The notes beneath the pieces are model-generated. The model was not told the DNA's origin, did not search any database, and worked only from the letters and a program-made list of their open reading frames with translations. Below are positions 34,038 through 44,200 of a stretch of DNA of 64,000 bases, piece after piece. Positions within the stretch are counted from its first letter, which is position 1. Every line of letters begins with the position of its first letter. The position numbers and the translations under genes are program-made. Origin of the DNA: Kiritimatiellia bacterium (GTDB lineage: Bacteria; Verrucomicrobiota; Kiritimatiellia; RFP12; UBA1067); assembly GCA_050949565.1 (NCBI GenBank), contig JBMNFY010000011.1, positions 26,069-90,068 on the forward strand, written 5' to 3'.

Positions 34038-36239
34038 TTATTCCTCCTTTAACGGTTGAAGTGACGTCTCGCGGATGAAGATGTTGCGGAACTGCATAAG
34101 GGAGGGTGGGCTGTTCCAGACACCGTCCTGCATGCTGCCGTGATGCTGTAGCGCGATCGGACCGCTTTCAGGCAGATTCGGGATGGCGACGCCAGGCAGG
34201 ACGGCCTTGCCGTTGAGCAGCACGCGCACGGTGTTGCCGCGCATCGCGATCTCAAAGCGGTTCCATTTACCGACCGGATTGTCCGCCTTGAGCTTCGGCG
34301 TAACGCCAGCGCGCACCTCGGGCGGCATAGCGCGGTCAAGCCGCACTCCATACATTTCACCGGAGCCGATCGGCCAGCACCAGATGTTCACTTGGTATTT
34401 GCCGGAGCCGCGCAGAAAGACGCCGGAGTCCGAATCCGGAATCGCAAGCGCGATGACCTTGCCGTCCGGCCCTTTCTCATCGCTGCCGTCTGGCAGGATG
34501 GAGCGGGCATTGGGATTCGTGTAAGGCGTTTCCTTGATCCTCCAGTCAACGACCAAATCAAAGTCCTTAAACGCTTGCTGGCTCCACAGGTTCTTATCGC
34601 CCGCCGCTTCGCTGCGGGCATCGTAGTCGATCACGCCATCGATCACCTTCCAGTGCCCGTTGTCGCCTTCGGGAACCTTCCAGCCACGCAGGTCAACGCC
34701 GTTGAACAGCGGCACAAAACCGTCGCCCTCGCGCGCGATCTCTTCGGGCTTGGGCTGAGTGGAGGGCAACTCTTTGATGCGGATGTTACGGAATTGGCAT
34801 TCCGAGCCTTCGGACTCTAGCATGAGGTAGCCCTTGCGCGGCGAGGCCCCATAAGCGATGGTGACCTCTTTGCCGTTGACGCTGAGGCTGATGTCGCCGT
34901 TGATCGCCGCCACGCGGTAGTGGTTCCATTCCGGGGAAGGACGGGTACGCTCTTCAGCGGGGAAGCTGCGCTGACCGTTCGGCGAGATACGCCCGGCCAC
35001 GGTCAGCTTCGCACCGTTGACGGCGAAAACATCACCGTGTGTACTGTACCACTCATTCTTGCCCTTTACGTTGAATCCCGGATCAAGGACCTGTATCTCG
35101 ATGCCGCGCGAGAAGGGCGAGCCGGCGACCGGCAGGGCATCGGCCCAGATGAAGAGACCGGAGTTGCCGCCTGACTTCATGTGTCGCCACTCGAAGTCGA
35201 TGATAAAGTTCTCATACATTTTCTCGGTGCGCAGGGTGCCGATCGGATCACCGGTAGTGATGATCAGCCCATCGCGCACAAAAAATGTCTCCGGCGCGAT
35301 GCTGCACGGCACCCAACCGGTGAGGTCGCGTCCGTTGAAGAGCGGCACGAAGCCGCTCTCCTCGCCTTTGAGCGGCACGCGCCACTGGCTACCGTCGTTG
35401 CGCTTCGCGCGCGCAGCCCATTCGGGCTTAGCTTGCTCGGGCGTCGCAGCCGGACGCGGCGTGTAGTAATCGTGCTGTTTGAGCGAGAAGACCGCCTCAT
35501 CCGCTGAGAGGCGCACCAGAACATAGCCGATATCGCCCCAGTGTCCGGTGGAGGGCAGGCACAGGGTCTGCACGCCGCTGGTCTCCTGCTGCAACCAATT
35601 GTGGTTGTGGCCGTACACATACCCCTTACAGGCGGGTGTAGCCGCGAGTAGCGTGGCGATGCCGGTCTCGTGAAGCGGATGGTGAGCACCAACGAAGACT
35701 GGTTTGCTGCGTCCGCTCAATACGGTCCGCAACCAAGCGCGCTGCGCGTCGTCCAGACCGCCATGCACCGGGCCTTCGAGGCAGGAGTCCAACAGCACGA
35801 AATCGGCATGCGGCGTTTCAACCAACGACACCAGCCGATCCGGCACGAGTGACGCGGCGGCGCACTCCGGGAAAATGGCGAAGAACGGCGCGCGCCGGTC
35901 GTGGTTACCAAATGCGGCATGCCAGCGGACGCCAGCGTCGTCGAGCGGCTTGACCAGCGTCTTGAGCATGCGGTAGTCATTGGTGGCACCGCGATCGATC
36001 GAGAGGTCGCCATAGAACAGCACGTTGGCGGGACGCGGGTTGAGCGCCAGCACCTCACGCACACAGCGCTCCAAACCCGCGCGCTGGTGCTGGTTTTTGT
36101 TGTCCATCGTCACATGTAAATCAGCGAAGAGCGCCACCAGATTCGGATCAAGCGGGATATCCGCGGCCAGCGCGGTAAGCGCGCCTAGCATAGCCAGTGC
36201 GACGGCCAGCAACCGGGTTTTCGACAACATCGTGTTCAT
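34038..36239 (-). CDS. exported metallophosphoesterase fused to two DUF1080 (3-keto-disaccharide hydrolase-like) domains
   Basis: Start at ATG 36239 (AAGGAG 7 nt upstream) with signal 'LLAVALAMLGALTALA'. 'GDLSIDRG...GNHD...GHNH' are calcineurin-like motifs. DUF1080 occurs twice ('GFVPLFNGRDLTGW...FEWRHMKSGGNSGLFIW' and 'GFVPLFNGVDLRGWKV'). Confidence 0.82.
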   Translation of the reverse strand: MNTMLSKTRLLAVALAMLGALTALAADIPLDPNLVALFADLHVTMDNKNQHQRAGLERCVREVLALNPRPANVLFYGDLSIDRGATNDYRMLKTLVKPLDDAGVRWHAAFGNHDRRAPFFAIFPECAAASLVPDRLVSLVETPHADFVLLDSCLEGPVHGGLDDAQRAWLRTVLSGRSKPVFVGAHHPLHETGIATLLAATPACKGYVYGHNHNWLQQETSGVQTLCLPSTGHWGDIGYVLVRLSADEAVFSLKQHDYYTPRPAATPEQAKPEWAARAKRNDGSQWRVPLKGEESGFVPLFNGRDLTGWVPCSIAPETFFVRDGLIITTGDPIGTLRTEKMYENFIIDFEWRHMKSGGNSGLFIWADALPVAGSPFSRGIEIQVLDPGFNVKGKNEWYSTHGDVFAVNGAKLTVAGRISPNGQRSFPAEERTRPSPEWNHYRVAAINGDISLSVNGKEVTIAYGASPRKGYLMLESEGSECQFRNIRIKELPSTQPKPEEIAREGDGFVPLFNGVDLRGWKVPEGDNGHWKVIDGVIDYDARSEAAGDKNLWSQQAFKDFDLVVDWRIKETPYTNPNARSILPDGSDEKGPDGKVIALAIPDSDSGVFLRGSGKYQVNIWCWPIGSGEMYGVRLDRAMPPEVRAGVTPKLKADNPVGKWNRFEIAMRGNTVRVLLNGKAVLPGVAIPNLPESGPIALQHHGSMQDGVWNSPPSLMQFRNIFIRETSLQPLKEE

Positions 36240-36260
36240 CAAGGTTCTCCTTATTCGGTC

Positions 36261-36361
36261 GAGGTTCTTGCAAAACCCCTCGTGGCATGGGCGTCCCGCC
36301 CATGAAACACGGGCAAGATGCCCGTGCCACACTTGTAGGCAAGGGGTTTTGCAAGACCCTC
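36261..36361. mobile_element. 101-bp MITE-like element with 20-bp terminal inverted repeats around the double-hairpin repeat
   Basis: Left TIR 'gaggttcttgcaaaacccct' (36261-36280) matches the right TIR 'aggggttttgcaagaccctc' (36342-36361) at 19/20 as a reverse complement. The core carries 'catgggcg-tcc-cgcccatg' and 'cacgggca-aga-tgcccgtg', the unit tandemised at 14772-14864. No coding capacity. Confidence 0.6.
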
Positions 36362-36371
36362 GGTCATTTGG

Positions 36372-37481
36372 TCATTCGGTGCGGCGCGCGGCCAGCACCT
36401 CGTCATAAACAGCCAACGTTTTTTCCACCATCTGATCAAGTGAAAAACGCGCGAGCGCATCTTCGCGAAGCCCGGTCAGCGTGTGGCGCGAGGCTTCGAC
36501 CAGCCGGTCGGCAAGTTGGGCGGCGTCGCCCGGCTCGACCAGCCAGCCGTTGACCCCTTCGCGCACGATGTCAAGCGCTCCGCCGAAACGGGTGGCAATC
36601 ACCGGGCAGTCCATCGCCAGCGCCTCCGCCATCGAGCGGCCAAAGGCTTCGGGTTTGGCTTGATTGCCCGACACCAAAACATGGGCGCAGGCGTAGATTT
36701 CGGCAACCTGGCTCTGGCTGCCGGCAAACACCACATGCTCATCGAGCCCCAGACGGCGCACCTGCTCATGCAGAGATTGTGCATAGTCGGCGCGTGCGGG
36801 CTCGACGCCACCGACGATCACGGTCTTGATGGTCGGCAGGCGTTCACGCACCGCAGCCGTGGCGTCGATCAGCACGTCGTATCCTTTGAGCTGCGTGATA
36901 CGACCGACACCCAACACCACAAAACGGCCCTCCAACTCGAAGCGACGCCGAAAGTCGGCCATGAACGCCGTGTCGGTCCGTGCCGGATCGAAACGTTGAG
37001 GATCGATGCCGCGCGGAATCAAGCGGAGTCGCTCGTCCGGCGTACCGTAGTGGGCGCGGACAAAATCAAGAACAGCGGTACTGGGGCAGATCACACGCTC
37101 GCCCATGGTCATAATACGGCTATAGGCGCTCACGCTATTGAAGCCGTGTACGGTAGAGACCACGGGCAAGCGCAACGAACGGTTGGCCAGACGTACGAGC
37201 CAGCCCGGCACCCGGCTGCGGAAATGGATGAGATCCGGTTGGATCGCCACCAGCGCGCGTCGCAACGCTGCGGCGCGCGCTAGGGCCGTAAGGGGATTCT
37301 TCGACTTGACCTCCAGCGTCACATGCCGACCGCCCTCACGCTCCACGGTCGATACCATCCTTCCGCCGCTCGAGATTACGGTACTGACGTGGCCGCGCCG
37401 GACGAACTCGCGATTAAGCTCGACCGTGCCGCGTTCCACGCCGCCCTCGTCAAGCGCCGGAAGGATCTGGAGAATATGCAT
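36372..37481 (-). CDS. GT4-family (group 1) glycosyltransferase
   Basis: 'MHILQILPALDEGGVERGTVEL' is the GT4 N-terminal domain. The C-terminal 'EAFGRSMAEALAMDCPVIATRFGGALDIV..GVNGWLV' contains the E-x7-E region. Confidence 0.88.
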   Translation of the reverse strand: MHILQILPALDEGGVERGTVELNREFVRRGHVSTVISSGGRMVSTVEREGGRHVTLEVKSKNPLTALARAAALRRALVAIQPDLIHFRSRVPGWLVRLANRSLRLPVVSTVHGFNSVSAYSRIMTMGERVICPSTAVLDFVRAHYGTPDERLRLIPRGIDPQRFDPARTDTAFMADFRRRFELEGRFVVLGVGRITQLKGYDVLIDATAAVRERLPTIKTVIVGGVEPARADYAQSLHEQVRRLGLDEHVVFAGSQSQVAEIYACAHVLVSGNQAKPEAFGRSMAEALAMDCPVIATRFGGALDIVREGVNGWLVEPGDAAQLADRLVEASRHTLTGLREDALARFSLDQMVEKTLAVYDEVLAARRTE

Positions 37482-37524
37482 GCAAGAACCCGCCGTTGCG
37501 GGGTTCTCGATCCAGCCGACGGAT

Positions 37525-38394
37525 CTATTTCAGATCGTTGAACATCTGAAACGCTTCGGCCGGTTTGAGCCCCTGGTGAACGACCGCCCCGACCGCCTGG
37601 ATCATTGCCGCAGGCTTTTCCGACTGGAAGACGTTGCGCCCCATATCCACACCGGCGGCACCGCTCTGGATCGCCCTGTAGGCCAAATCCAGCGCCTCCA
37701 GCTCGGGCAGCTTCTTGCCACCCGCGATCACGATCGGCACCGGGCAGCAAGCCACGACTTTCTCAAAGCCTTCGGTGTAGTAGGTTTTCACGATGTTTGC
37801 GCCGTTCTCCGCGCACAGCCGCGAGGCCAGCCCGAAGTAACGCGCATCGCGCGCCATGTCCTTACCGACCGCCGTCACGCCCATCACCGGAATGCCATAG
37901 GCCTGACCCTCATCGACCGCCTGATAGAGGTTCGCCACGGTCTCAGCCTCGGTGGCGGCATCGCCGACCGACACCATCACCGCGATAGCCGAGGCGTTGA
38001 CCTTCACCGCGTCCTGAATGTCGATCACCACGTTGTGGTTGAGTTCGGTCAGGATCGAGGTGCCAGCATCCGCGCGCAGACAAATCGGCTTGCGGCTAGT
38101 CGGCGGCACTAACGAACGCAGCACGCCGCGCGTACACATCAAGCAATCCGCGTGCTCAATCAGCGGCACAATGCTGAGATCGATGCGCTCGACGCCCGAG
38201 GTCGGCCCCATAATGAAACCGTGATCGAAAGCCAGCATCACGGTACGCCCCGTGGCCGGGTTGAATATCCGGCTCAAGCGATCCTTCATACCCCAGTCGA
38301 GATTATTCGACCCCTTGAGAAAAAAGCCGTCGGTACACTGTTCCACGCCGATCCCATACTCCTTACCGTCGCGGATATCATCTAAATCTGCCAT
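37525..38394 (-). CDS. LsrF/DhnA-type class I aldolase family protein (3-hydroxy-5-phosphonooxypentane-2,4-dione thiolase-like)
   Basis: The N-terminus 'MADLDDIRDGKEYG...LKGSNNLDWGMKDRLSRIFNPATGRTVMLAFDHGFIMGPTSG.ERID' tracks E. coli LsrF almost residue for residue. 'IVKTYY', 'CPVPIVIAGGKKLPE' and 'GAAGVDMGRNVFQS' are also shared. Confidence 0.85.
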   Translation of the reverse strand: MADLDDIRDGKEYGIGVEQCTDGFFLKGSNNLDWGMKDRLSRIFNPATGRTVMLAFDHGFIMGPTSGVERIDLSIVPLIEHADCLMCTRGVLRSLVPPTSRKPICLRADAGTSILTELNHNVVIDIQDAVKVNASAIAVMVSVGDAATEAETVANLYQAVDEGQAYGIPVMGVTAVGKDMARDARYFGLASRLCAENGANIVKTYYTEGFEKVVACCPVPIVIAGGKKLPELEALDLAYRAIQSGAAGVDMGRNVFQSEKPAAMIQAVGAVVHQGLKPAEAFQMFNDLK

Positions 38395-38407
38395 AGTTCT
38401 CTCCTTT

Positions 38408-39043
38408 TCAACTTACTGCCTTGAGCGACTTCGCGAAGGACGCGAAAATGCAGGCCATCGAGGCCGCGCCGGCATCGCGCGGACCGATCGAACGCTCACC
38501 GAGGTTTTTCGCGCGCCCGAATTTGGCGCGCATCTCGCAAGTGGCTTCCGCCCCTTGCTCTGCGGCTACGGCCGCCCGCTCGAACATCACGACGATGCCT
38601 TGAGAGTGGGCGGACAGCAATGCCTCGGTCGCGGGGATCAGCGCATCCATCAGTGTCTTATCGCCGATGCGGGCGCGCGTGACATACCCCAGTTCCTTGA
38701 GCCCGCCGTTGAAGACCTTAGCCAGCGCTGCGGCATCAAGTTCCGTCGCGCCTTCCAGCGCGGTATCGCTCATGCCCTGCAACCAAGAGCCGTACAGCGT
38801 GCTGGTCGAGCCGCAAGCCTCGTTTTGCAAGGCTTCGCTCAGCGACTTAAGGTAGCTTTTGAAGTCTGCGCCATCGGCCTTCTCCATCGCCCGGAAGGCC
38901 GTTACGATGGCCGTCCCGTGATCGCCGTCGCCGCCGGCGGCGGCGTCCAACTCGGAGAAGTGTTTTTCCTCCGCGCGGATCGCCTCGCCAGCCGTAGCGA
39001 TCATCTCCTTGAACGTCTGAAGCGTCAGCATCATGTCTGTCAC
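38408..39043 (-). CDS. dhaL: dihydroxyacetone-kinase family, ADP-binding subunit DhaL
   Basis: 'ELDAAAGGDGDHGTAI' (nucleotide/Mg site), 'STSTLYGSW' and 'GRAKNLGERSIGPRDAGA' are DhaL-like. Confidence 0.85.
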   Translation of the reverse strand: MTDMMLTLQTFKEMIATAGEAIRAEEKHFSELDAAAGGDGDHGTAIVTAFRAMEKADGADFKSYLKSLSEALQNEACGSTSTLYGSWLQGMSDTALEGATELDAAALAKVFNGGLKELGYVTRARIGDKTLMDALIPATEALLSAHSQGIVVMFERAAVAAEQGAEATCEMRAKFGRAKNLGERSIGPRDAGAASMACIFASFAKSLKAVS

Positions 39044-39061
39044 TCGTTATAGGTTGCGGGC

Positions 39062-40060
39062 TCAGGCATTCCAGTACGGCGTACGGGCGGGCGCACTGAG
39101 ATACTCCCGGTGATCCGCATCGAGCTTGCACAGGATCATCTGGAACCCGGCCATCTCCTGCACGGTCAGATACTCGCCGCAAGCGCCGGGCGTGACATTG
39201 ATGCCCTTGTCGGCAAGAATCTGCGCAGCTTTACGGTAGACGATCAGCATCTCCATCAGCGTGGTCGCGCCGACGCCGTTGATGATCAGCAACGCCGTAT
39301 CGCCAGCCTTGACACCGGACGCCTGCATCAGCGGTGCGATCATACGGGCGGCCGTCTCGTCAGCCGTGAGAATCTTGGTGCGGCCACCGCCGGCTTCGCC
39401 GTGCTGGCCCATGCCGATCTCCATCTCGTCATCCGGCAACACCGTGATCGGCTCGCCGTTTTGTGGATGCGTGCAGCCGGTCATGGCCACCGCCAGCGTC
39501 GCCACATGACGATTGAAGCGCTCGCCGATATCCATGATCTCGTCGAGGCTCTTACCGGCTTCCGCCGCCGCGCCAATCACCTTGTAAAGCGGGACACAGC
39601 CCCCCAGGCCGCGCCTCTCATCCGGGTCAGCATCAACACCGGGGCCGATGTCGTCGTGCGTCACGATCTCGCGGACCTTAATGCCCTCTTTCTCGGCGTC
39701 ACGCAACGCCTTGGAGGCGCTCATGCGGTCGCCGTCATGGTTCAGCGTAACCAGCACGATACCCGCATCGCGCTTGAGCAGACGCAGCGCTTCGAGCAAC
39801 TTGGGCGCGCCCGGCGCGGCGAAAACGTCGCCCACCACACTCGCGTCCAACATGCCCTCGCCCACATACCCGCTGAGCGCGGGCTCGTGTCCGGAGCCAC
39901 CCAGCGTGACGATCGCGACCTTGCTCTCGTCCTTCGGCGTGGCGCGCATCACGATCCTGTCGCTTACGAGCTTGACTTTGCCCTTGTAGCACGAGACCAG
40001 TCCTTCCAGCAATTCCTTGGTCAGATTCGCTGGATCATTAATAAACTTCTTCATCGCCAT
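39062..40060 (-). CDS. dhaK: dihydroxyacetone-kinase family, substrate-binding subunit DhaK
   Basis: 'MKKFINDP..L..ELLEGL' and 'VAIVTLGGSGHEPALSGYVGEGMLDASVVGDVFAAP' match the DhaK hemiaminal-His region. 'MEIGMGQHGE' is also present. Confidence 0.88.
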   Translation of the reverse strand: MAMKKFINDPANLTKELLEGLVSCYKGKVKLVSDRIVMRATPKDESKVAIVTLGGSGHEPALSGYVGEGMLDASVVGDVFAAPGAPKLLEALRLLKRDAGIVLVTLNHDGDRMSASKALRDAEKEGIKVREIVTHDDIGPGVDADPDERRGLGGCVPLYKVIGAAAEAGKSLDEIMDIGERFNRHVATLAVAMTGCTHPQNGEPITVLPDDEMEIGMGQHGEAGGGRTKILTADETAARMIAPLMQASGVKAGDTALLIINGVGATTLMEMLIVYRKAAQILADKGINVTPGACGEYLTVQEMAGFQMILCKLDADHREYLSAPARTPYWNA

Positions 40061-40072
40061 GTTTAAACTCCC

Positions 40073-40381
40073 TTACACCAATTGTATGTACTCGACCGCC
40101 ACGTCGCCGTCATACACGAACGCGATTTTCATCGTCGGGAACGTGGTGATCGGCCAGAGCACGTTCTTGCCTTGCAACGCCTTTTCGATGTCATCGACGA
40201 CGTAGGCCACATGCGCCTCTCCCTGAATCGCCGCCGCCATCGGACTATCCGGCTCGAAGTAGAGGAACTCGATCTTGTACGGATGCTTGCTGGCGTCGGT
40301 GATCCACACCTTCAGCGGCTCGATAAAGGACATGTCGTCCAGTTTCTCAAACACCGGAACACCTGTGTGATTGTACGTCAT
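40073..40381 (-). CDS. small VOC (glyoxalase/bleomycin-resistance fold)-like protein
   Basis: 102 aa. 'AHVAYVVDDIEKAL' resembles the VOC 'H(I/V)A..V.D.D.A' strand-helix. The assignment is weak. Confidence 0.45.
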   Translation of the reverse strand: MTYNHTGVPVFEKLDDMSFIEPLKVWITDASKHPYKIEFLYFEPDSPMAAAIQGEAHVAYVVDDIEKALQGKNVLWPITTFPTMKIAFVYDGDVAVEYIQLV

Positions 40382-40424
40382 TTTGTTTCTCCCTCTCTTT
40401 AACGTTTTCGTCTTGTTTCAAACC

Positions 40425-41153
40425 TTACAGCGCGGCACCCGGCACCGTGAAACGCAGCCCTGCACTGTCATGGAAAGTCGCGTACTCGGTGACAATCGCC
40501 CCATCCTTGCCGGCCTGCATGAAGTGCCAGGTCTCAGGACCGGCCAGCTTATGCACCTTGCCGTCCGCCTCCCACTTCTCGACGTGCACGCACTTGAGGT
40601 GCGGAATCTGCAACTTGGACAGCATGGCCTTGGCCTCGGGGAACTGATCGAGGTTCGGCTCGCCAACCTCGCTGAACCCGTACACATAACCGTTGCGCAC
40701 CTGCCAGCTCTCGATCTTGCAACGGATCGTCTTGCCGTCCGCGTCCTTCGTAGGCAGATGGCGATGCTCGGCGATGCTCTGTCCGGGCAGCAGATAGATG
40801 TCGTGTCCGAAATACCCCTCAGCCTTCTCATTGCACCAAATCACGCCACCCATACCGAGCGCCGTAAAATCGCCCTTACCGAAATCAATCGCCCAGAACG
40901 GTCCATCCGGACGCTTCAACTCGGCATAGACAGGCACATTGAACTTCTCCATCAAATCGTAATACGCCTGCTTGGCCTTGGCCACATCGAATTTCCCGTC
41001 CTTGTAAAAATCCTCGTTCCTCATTTGTGTTGTCTCCTTTTTGTATCCGCAACACGGGCTCGTGCAGCCCGCAGTTAAACCCATCAGTCCTGCACCCACT
41101 CCGACAGCCACCAGGCCGGTCAACACTGAGCGCATCGAAATCATCTGTTTCAT
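40425..41153 (-). CDS. lipoprotein-signal D-lyxose/D-mannose isomerase-family cupin
   Basis: Start at ATG 41153 (AGGAGG upstream) with lipobox 'GLMGLTAG/C'. 'LLPGQSIAEHRHLP..DADGKTIRCKIESWQVRNGYVYGF' and 'HFMQAGKDGAIVTEYATF' parallel B. subtilis YdaE ('FPGQTCPEHRHPP...GKQETFRCRYGKVYLYV', 'HWFQAGEEGAVVTEMSS'). Confidence 0.7.
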   Translation of the reverse strand: MKQMISMRSVLTGLVAVGVGAGLMGLTAGCTSPCCGYKKETTQMRNEDFYKDGKFDVAKAKQAYYDLMEKFNVPVYAELKRPDGPFWAIDFGKGDFTALGMGGVIWCNEKAEGYFGHDIYLLPGQSIAEHRHLPTKDADGKTIRCKIESWQVRNGYVYGFSEVGEPNLDQFPEAKAMLSKLQIPHLKCVHVEKWEADGKVHKLAGPETWHFMQAGKDGAIVTEYATFHDSAGLRFTVPGAAL

Positions 41154-41284
41154 GGTCGTTTCCTTTCCTCCTGGCCGCACCAGTTGCGATGCCGCCACCT
41201 GTTAGACATATTGAATCGTATTGGGTCCCAGTTTAGCCCAATCCGCCGCCCGTGTAAATCCGGAATCTCGAAAGCACAGCCGCG

Positions 41285-44200
41285 TTATTTCAGCAGAATC
41301 AAGGTGCCGGGCGACTTCGACTTCACCACGCCCGTCCCGCTGAACACCTCGGGGTGCGTCAATGCGCCGTACTGACCACCGACATAGCGCACGCCGTTGA
41401 TCACCAGATCGCCCACAACGAACTTGCCCGGATAGTCCAACTCCACACGCGCGCCGGTCTCGATCGTGAGTGACGACTCGTCGCTGGACAACGCTTGCAG
41501 TGCCGCGATTTCAGAGACTCCGCTGATCCGTATATCATCGATCAACGAGCACGGATCGCCCTGCGGAATCAACTCCGTAGACCCCTGAAACTTCAGGATA
41601 TGCGTGCCGGCCGTAACATGGACCAGCGGTATCGTCGCCGTGAGGTAGCCGCGTTCCGTCACGGTCACGCTGCCGCACACCGCGCCCGCCAATTGCACGT
41701 AAATCACATGATTCGTGTACCAAATCCCGGCGTTATAGCGCGGACAGTAGGCGAAGGTCAGGGTATAGGTGCCGTCCACGGGGAAGTTGAGCGTCACCTG
41801 AATGGAACCGTTTCTGCGCACGTAGGCGGTCTGGACGCCCTCCGGCGCGTATGCCAACGCAGTGGCCGCGAAATAACTGCCGTTACGCTGATAGCCGGCA
41901 TCATCGGTATTGAACGTCCAGCCCGGGCAGCCGGTCGCCGCCGCGCCGCGCCGGTCCTTCGCTCCCTGCTCGCCCCCCTCCGGCAGCAACGGGTTGCTTT
42001 CGAAGCCCGCATACGGCACGTCGACCGTGACATAGGTCCGTGCGCCGCGAACCGCGAAAAGGCCTTCGCTGACGGTAAGTGCACCGGTAAACGGCGTGCT
42101 GTTTTCCGGGCAATCTGTCAGGGCGAATGTTCCCTGCCCGAGCTTCCGCCACGCTCCCTCCAGCGTGTTGACCGCCAGATCGGCCTCGGTCACGCGCAGG
42201 TTTGTGCCCGCCGCGTCCTCGCTCACCAGCCGGTGCAGCGTCTGCCGGTGCTGCACTTCGCCGAGTTCGTTGGTCGCGCCGACAACCTCGAAGGCCGCGC
42301 CTGCCGAAACCGTGACCGCGCTTTCGGGCGCGAGCAGATTGACCAGTGCGTTTGACGGACTGGCCAGAGTGAAGTCGAGACGCAACGTGCCGTTGGAGAC
42401 CAGCGTCGGCCCCGTATAGGTCATGGGCGCCGCGATTTTGAGTATACCGGTGCCCTGCTTGACCAATGCACCGGTCGAATCCGGTGCCTGCGCGAAACCC
42501 TTGCCGCGGATCGCAACCTCATAGTCCAGCGTATCGATAATCGCACCGCCATTGCAGATCAGCGGCGCGGCCGACGCTTCGGACAACGCTATGAAAAAGT
42601 CTGTGTTGCGGGCAGCTTCGACCACCGTGCCGTTGAAGAGCAGCGGACTCAGGCTGAGGTGCTGATCGGTGGCATTGGGCACGCCGAGCACCGGCAGCCG
42701 CAGACGACCGCCATCCAGCGACAGTTGCGTGGCGTTCCCTTCCACGAAACGGAGTTCATTGCCCACCGTCACGAATGCGTCATTGGTGATGGAGACCACG
42801 GCATTCGAACCGGCGATGTCCAGCCAGTCCGCCCTGAAGTCACAGCCTTCGTCAAACACCACGCTGCAACCGTCCGCAGTGTCCCAGCCGCACGAGAGCT
42901 TGCGGAGGCGGCCCCGTACATTCGACCAGCGGTGCAGCGCAGCGCCGCTGCCGGGCAGCGCATCGCCCGCCAGATAGAGATCGACGTAGCCAAAGTACGC
43001 GCCGTCCGCGTTGACGACCGTCAACGGCACGCCATCGTCACGGCCATCCGGGAAACACGACAAGTCATCGTGAGGCTGAATCACAAAGCCGGCGAACGCA
43101 TGGGCGCGCGGGGTTTCGATGCCGCGCGTGAAGGTGACCGTCGAGCCAGACGGCACGACAAAGCGCGTCGAGCGGTCGTTGGCATAGATCTGGTTCGGCA
43201 CATAAATCATGTTGCCGAATGTGCCGCCCGCGCGCGGCTCGAAACGTCCGCCAGTGGCGAAAGAGAGATCTCCGCCGCCGATCGCATCGACAGCATCGGC
43301 CGCTACCACACCGCCGCCCACATGCAGGCCACCCGCCAGCGAAAACGGGCCTTGCAAATCGAGTCGGCCGTCGCCGGTTTTGACCAGCGTCACGGGACCG
43401 TCAGGCCGATCGCCCAATGCGGTGCCCGGCACGGTATTGGTCTCATCCGTCGGCACGCGAAGCGTCAGGCTCACCGGATACGCGGCCGTCGCATTCGTCA
43501 CCTTGCCAAAACCGCCGCCATCCGCTTGTAGGCCGCCGTTGAGACGGACGTCCAACGCTCCAACATCCAGCGTCGCGTCAGCCGCCAGCCTGACGGGATC
43601 CGCGACCTGCTTGACCGTCGTGCCAATGGCAAAGCGGAAGCTGCCGGCGGTCACGCCGTACTCACTCTCACTCTGCGATGCCAGTGCGGCCGTCGGGAAC
43701 GTCAGCGCACCACCCTGCGTGCTATAGGCACCGGGCAGGAACGAAATCGCACCTTCACCGTCATTCAGCGTGCCCGCCCACTCGCCGACGCCCTCTTTGC
43801 CGGCTTCGATGTAGCGGTCTCCCTCACGAAAGCCAAAGGTCACTAGCGCGTATTCGCCCGGTCCCAGCGCGACCGGTTCCGGCAAACGGTGGAAGCGATA
43901 CCCGCCTTCGAGCGGATAGGTCTCCGCAGCACCCAAGGCGGTCACGGCCAACGGCACCCCACCGGTGCGCGCGAAAATGGCAACCTTTTTGAAGTGCCCG
44001 TTCCCATCCCCAGCGCTGTCGTACGCACCCAGATGCGTGACGGTGATCAGCCGGTTGACCTGAAAGTCTGTACGCAGTGAGACTGAGACACCGCCTGCAC
44101 CGGTGTTATGAAGCGCTGGGTCGGCGGCATACGCCTGGAAAAAGCGCGGTGCTGCGTCGTTGAAAGCCAGCGAGCCCTGCTGCACCGCCAGTCCGCCGAG

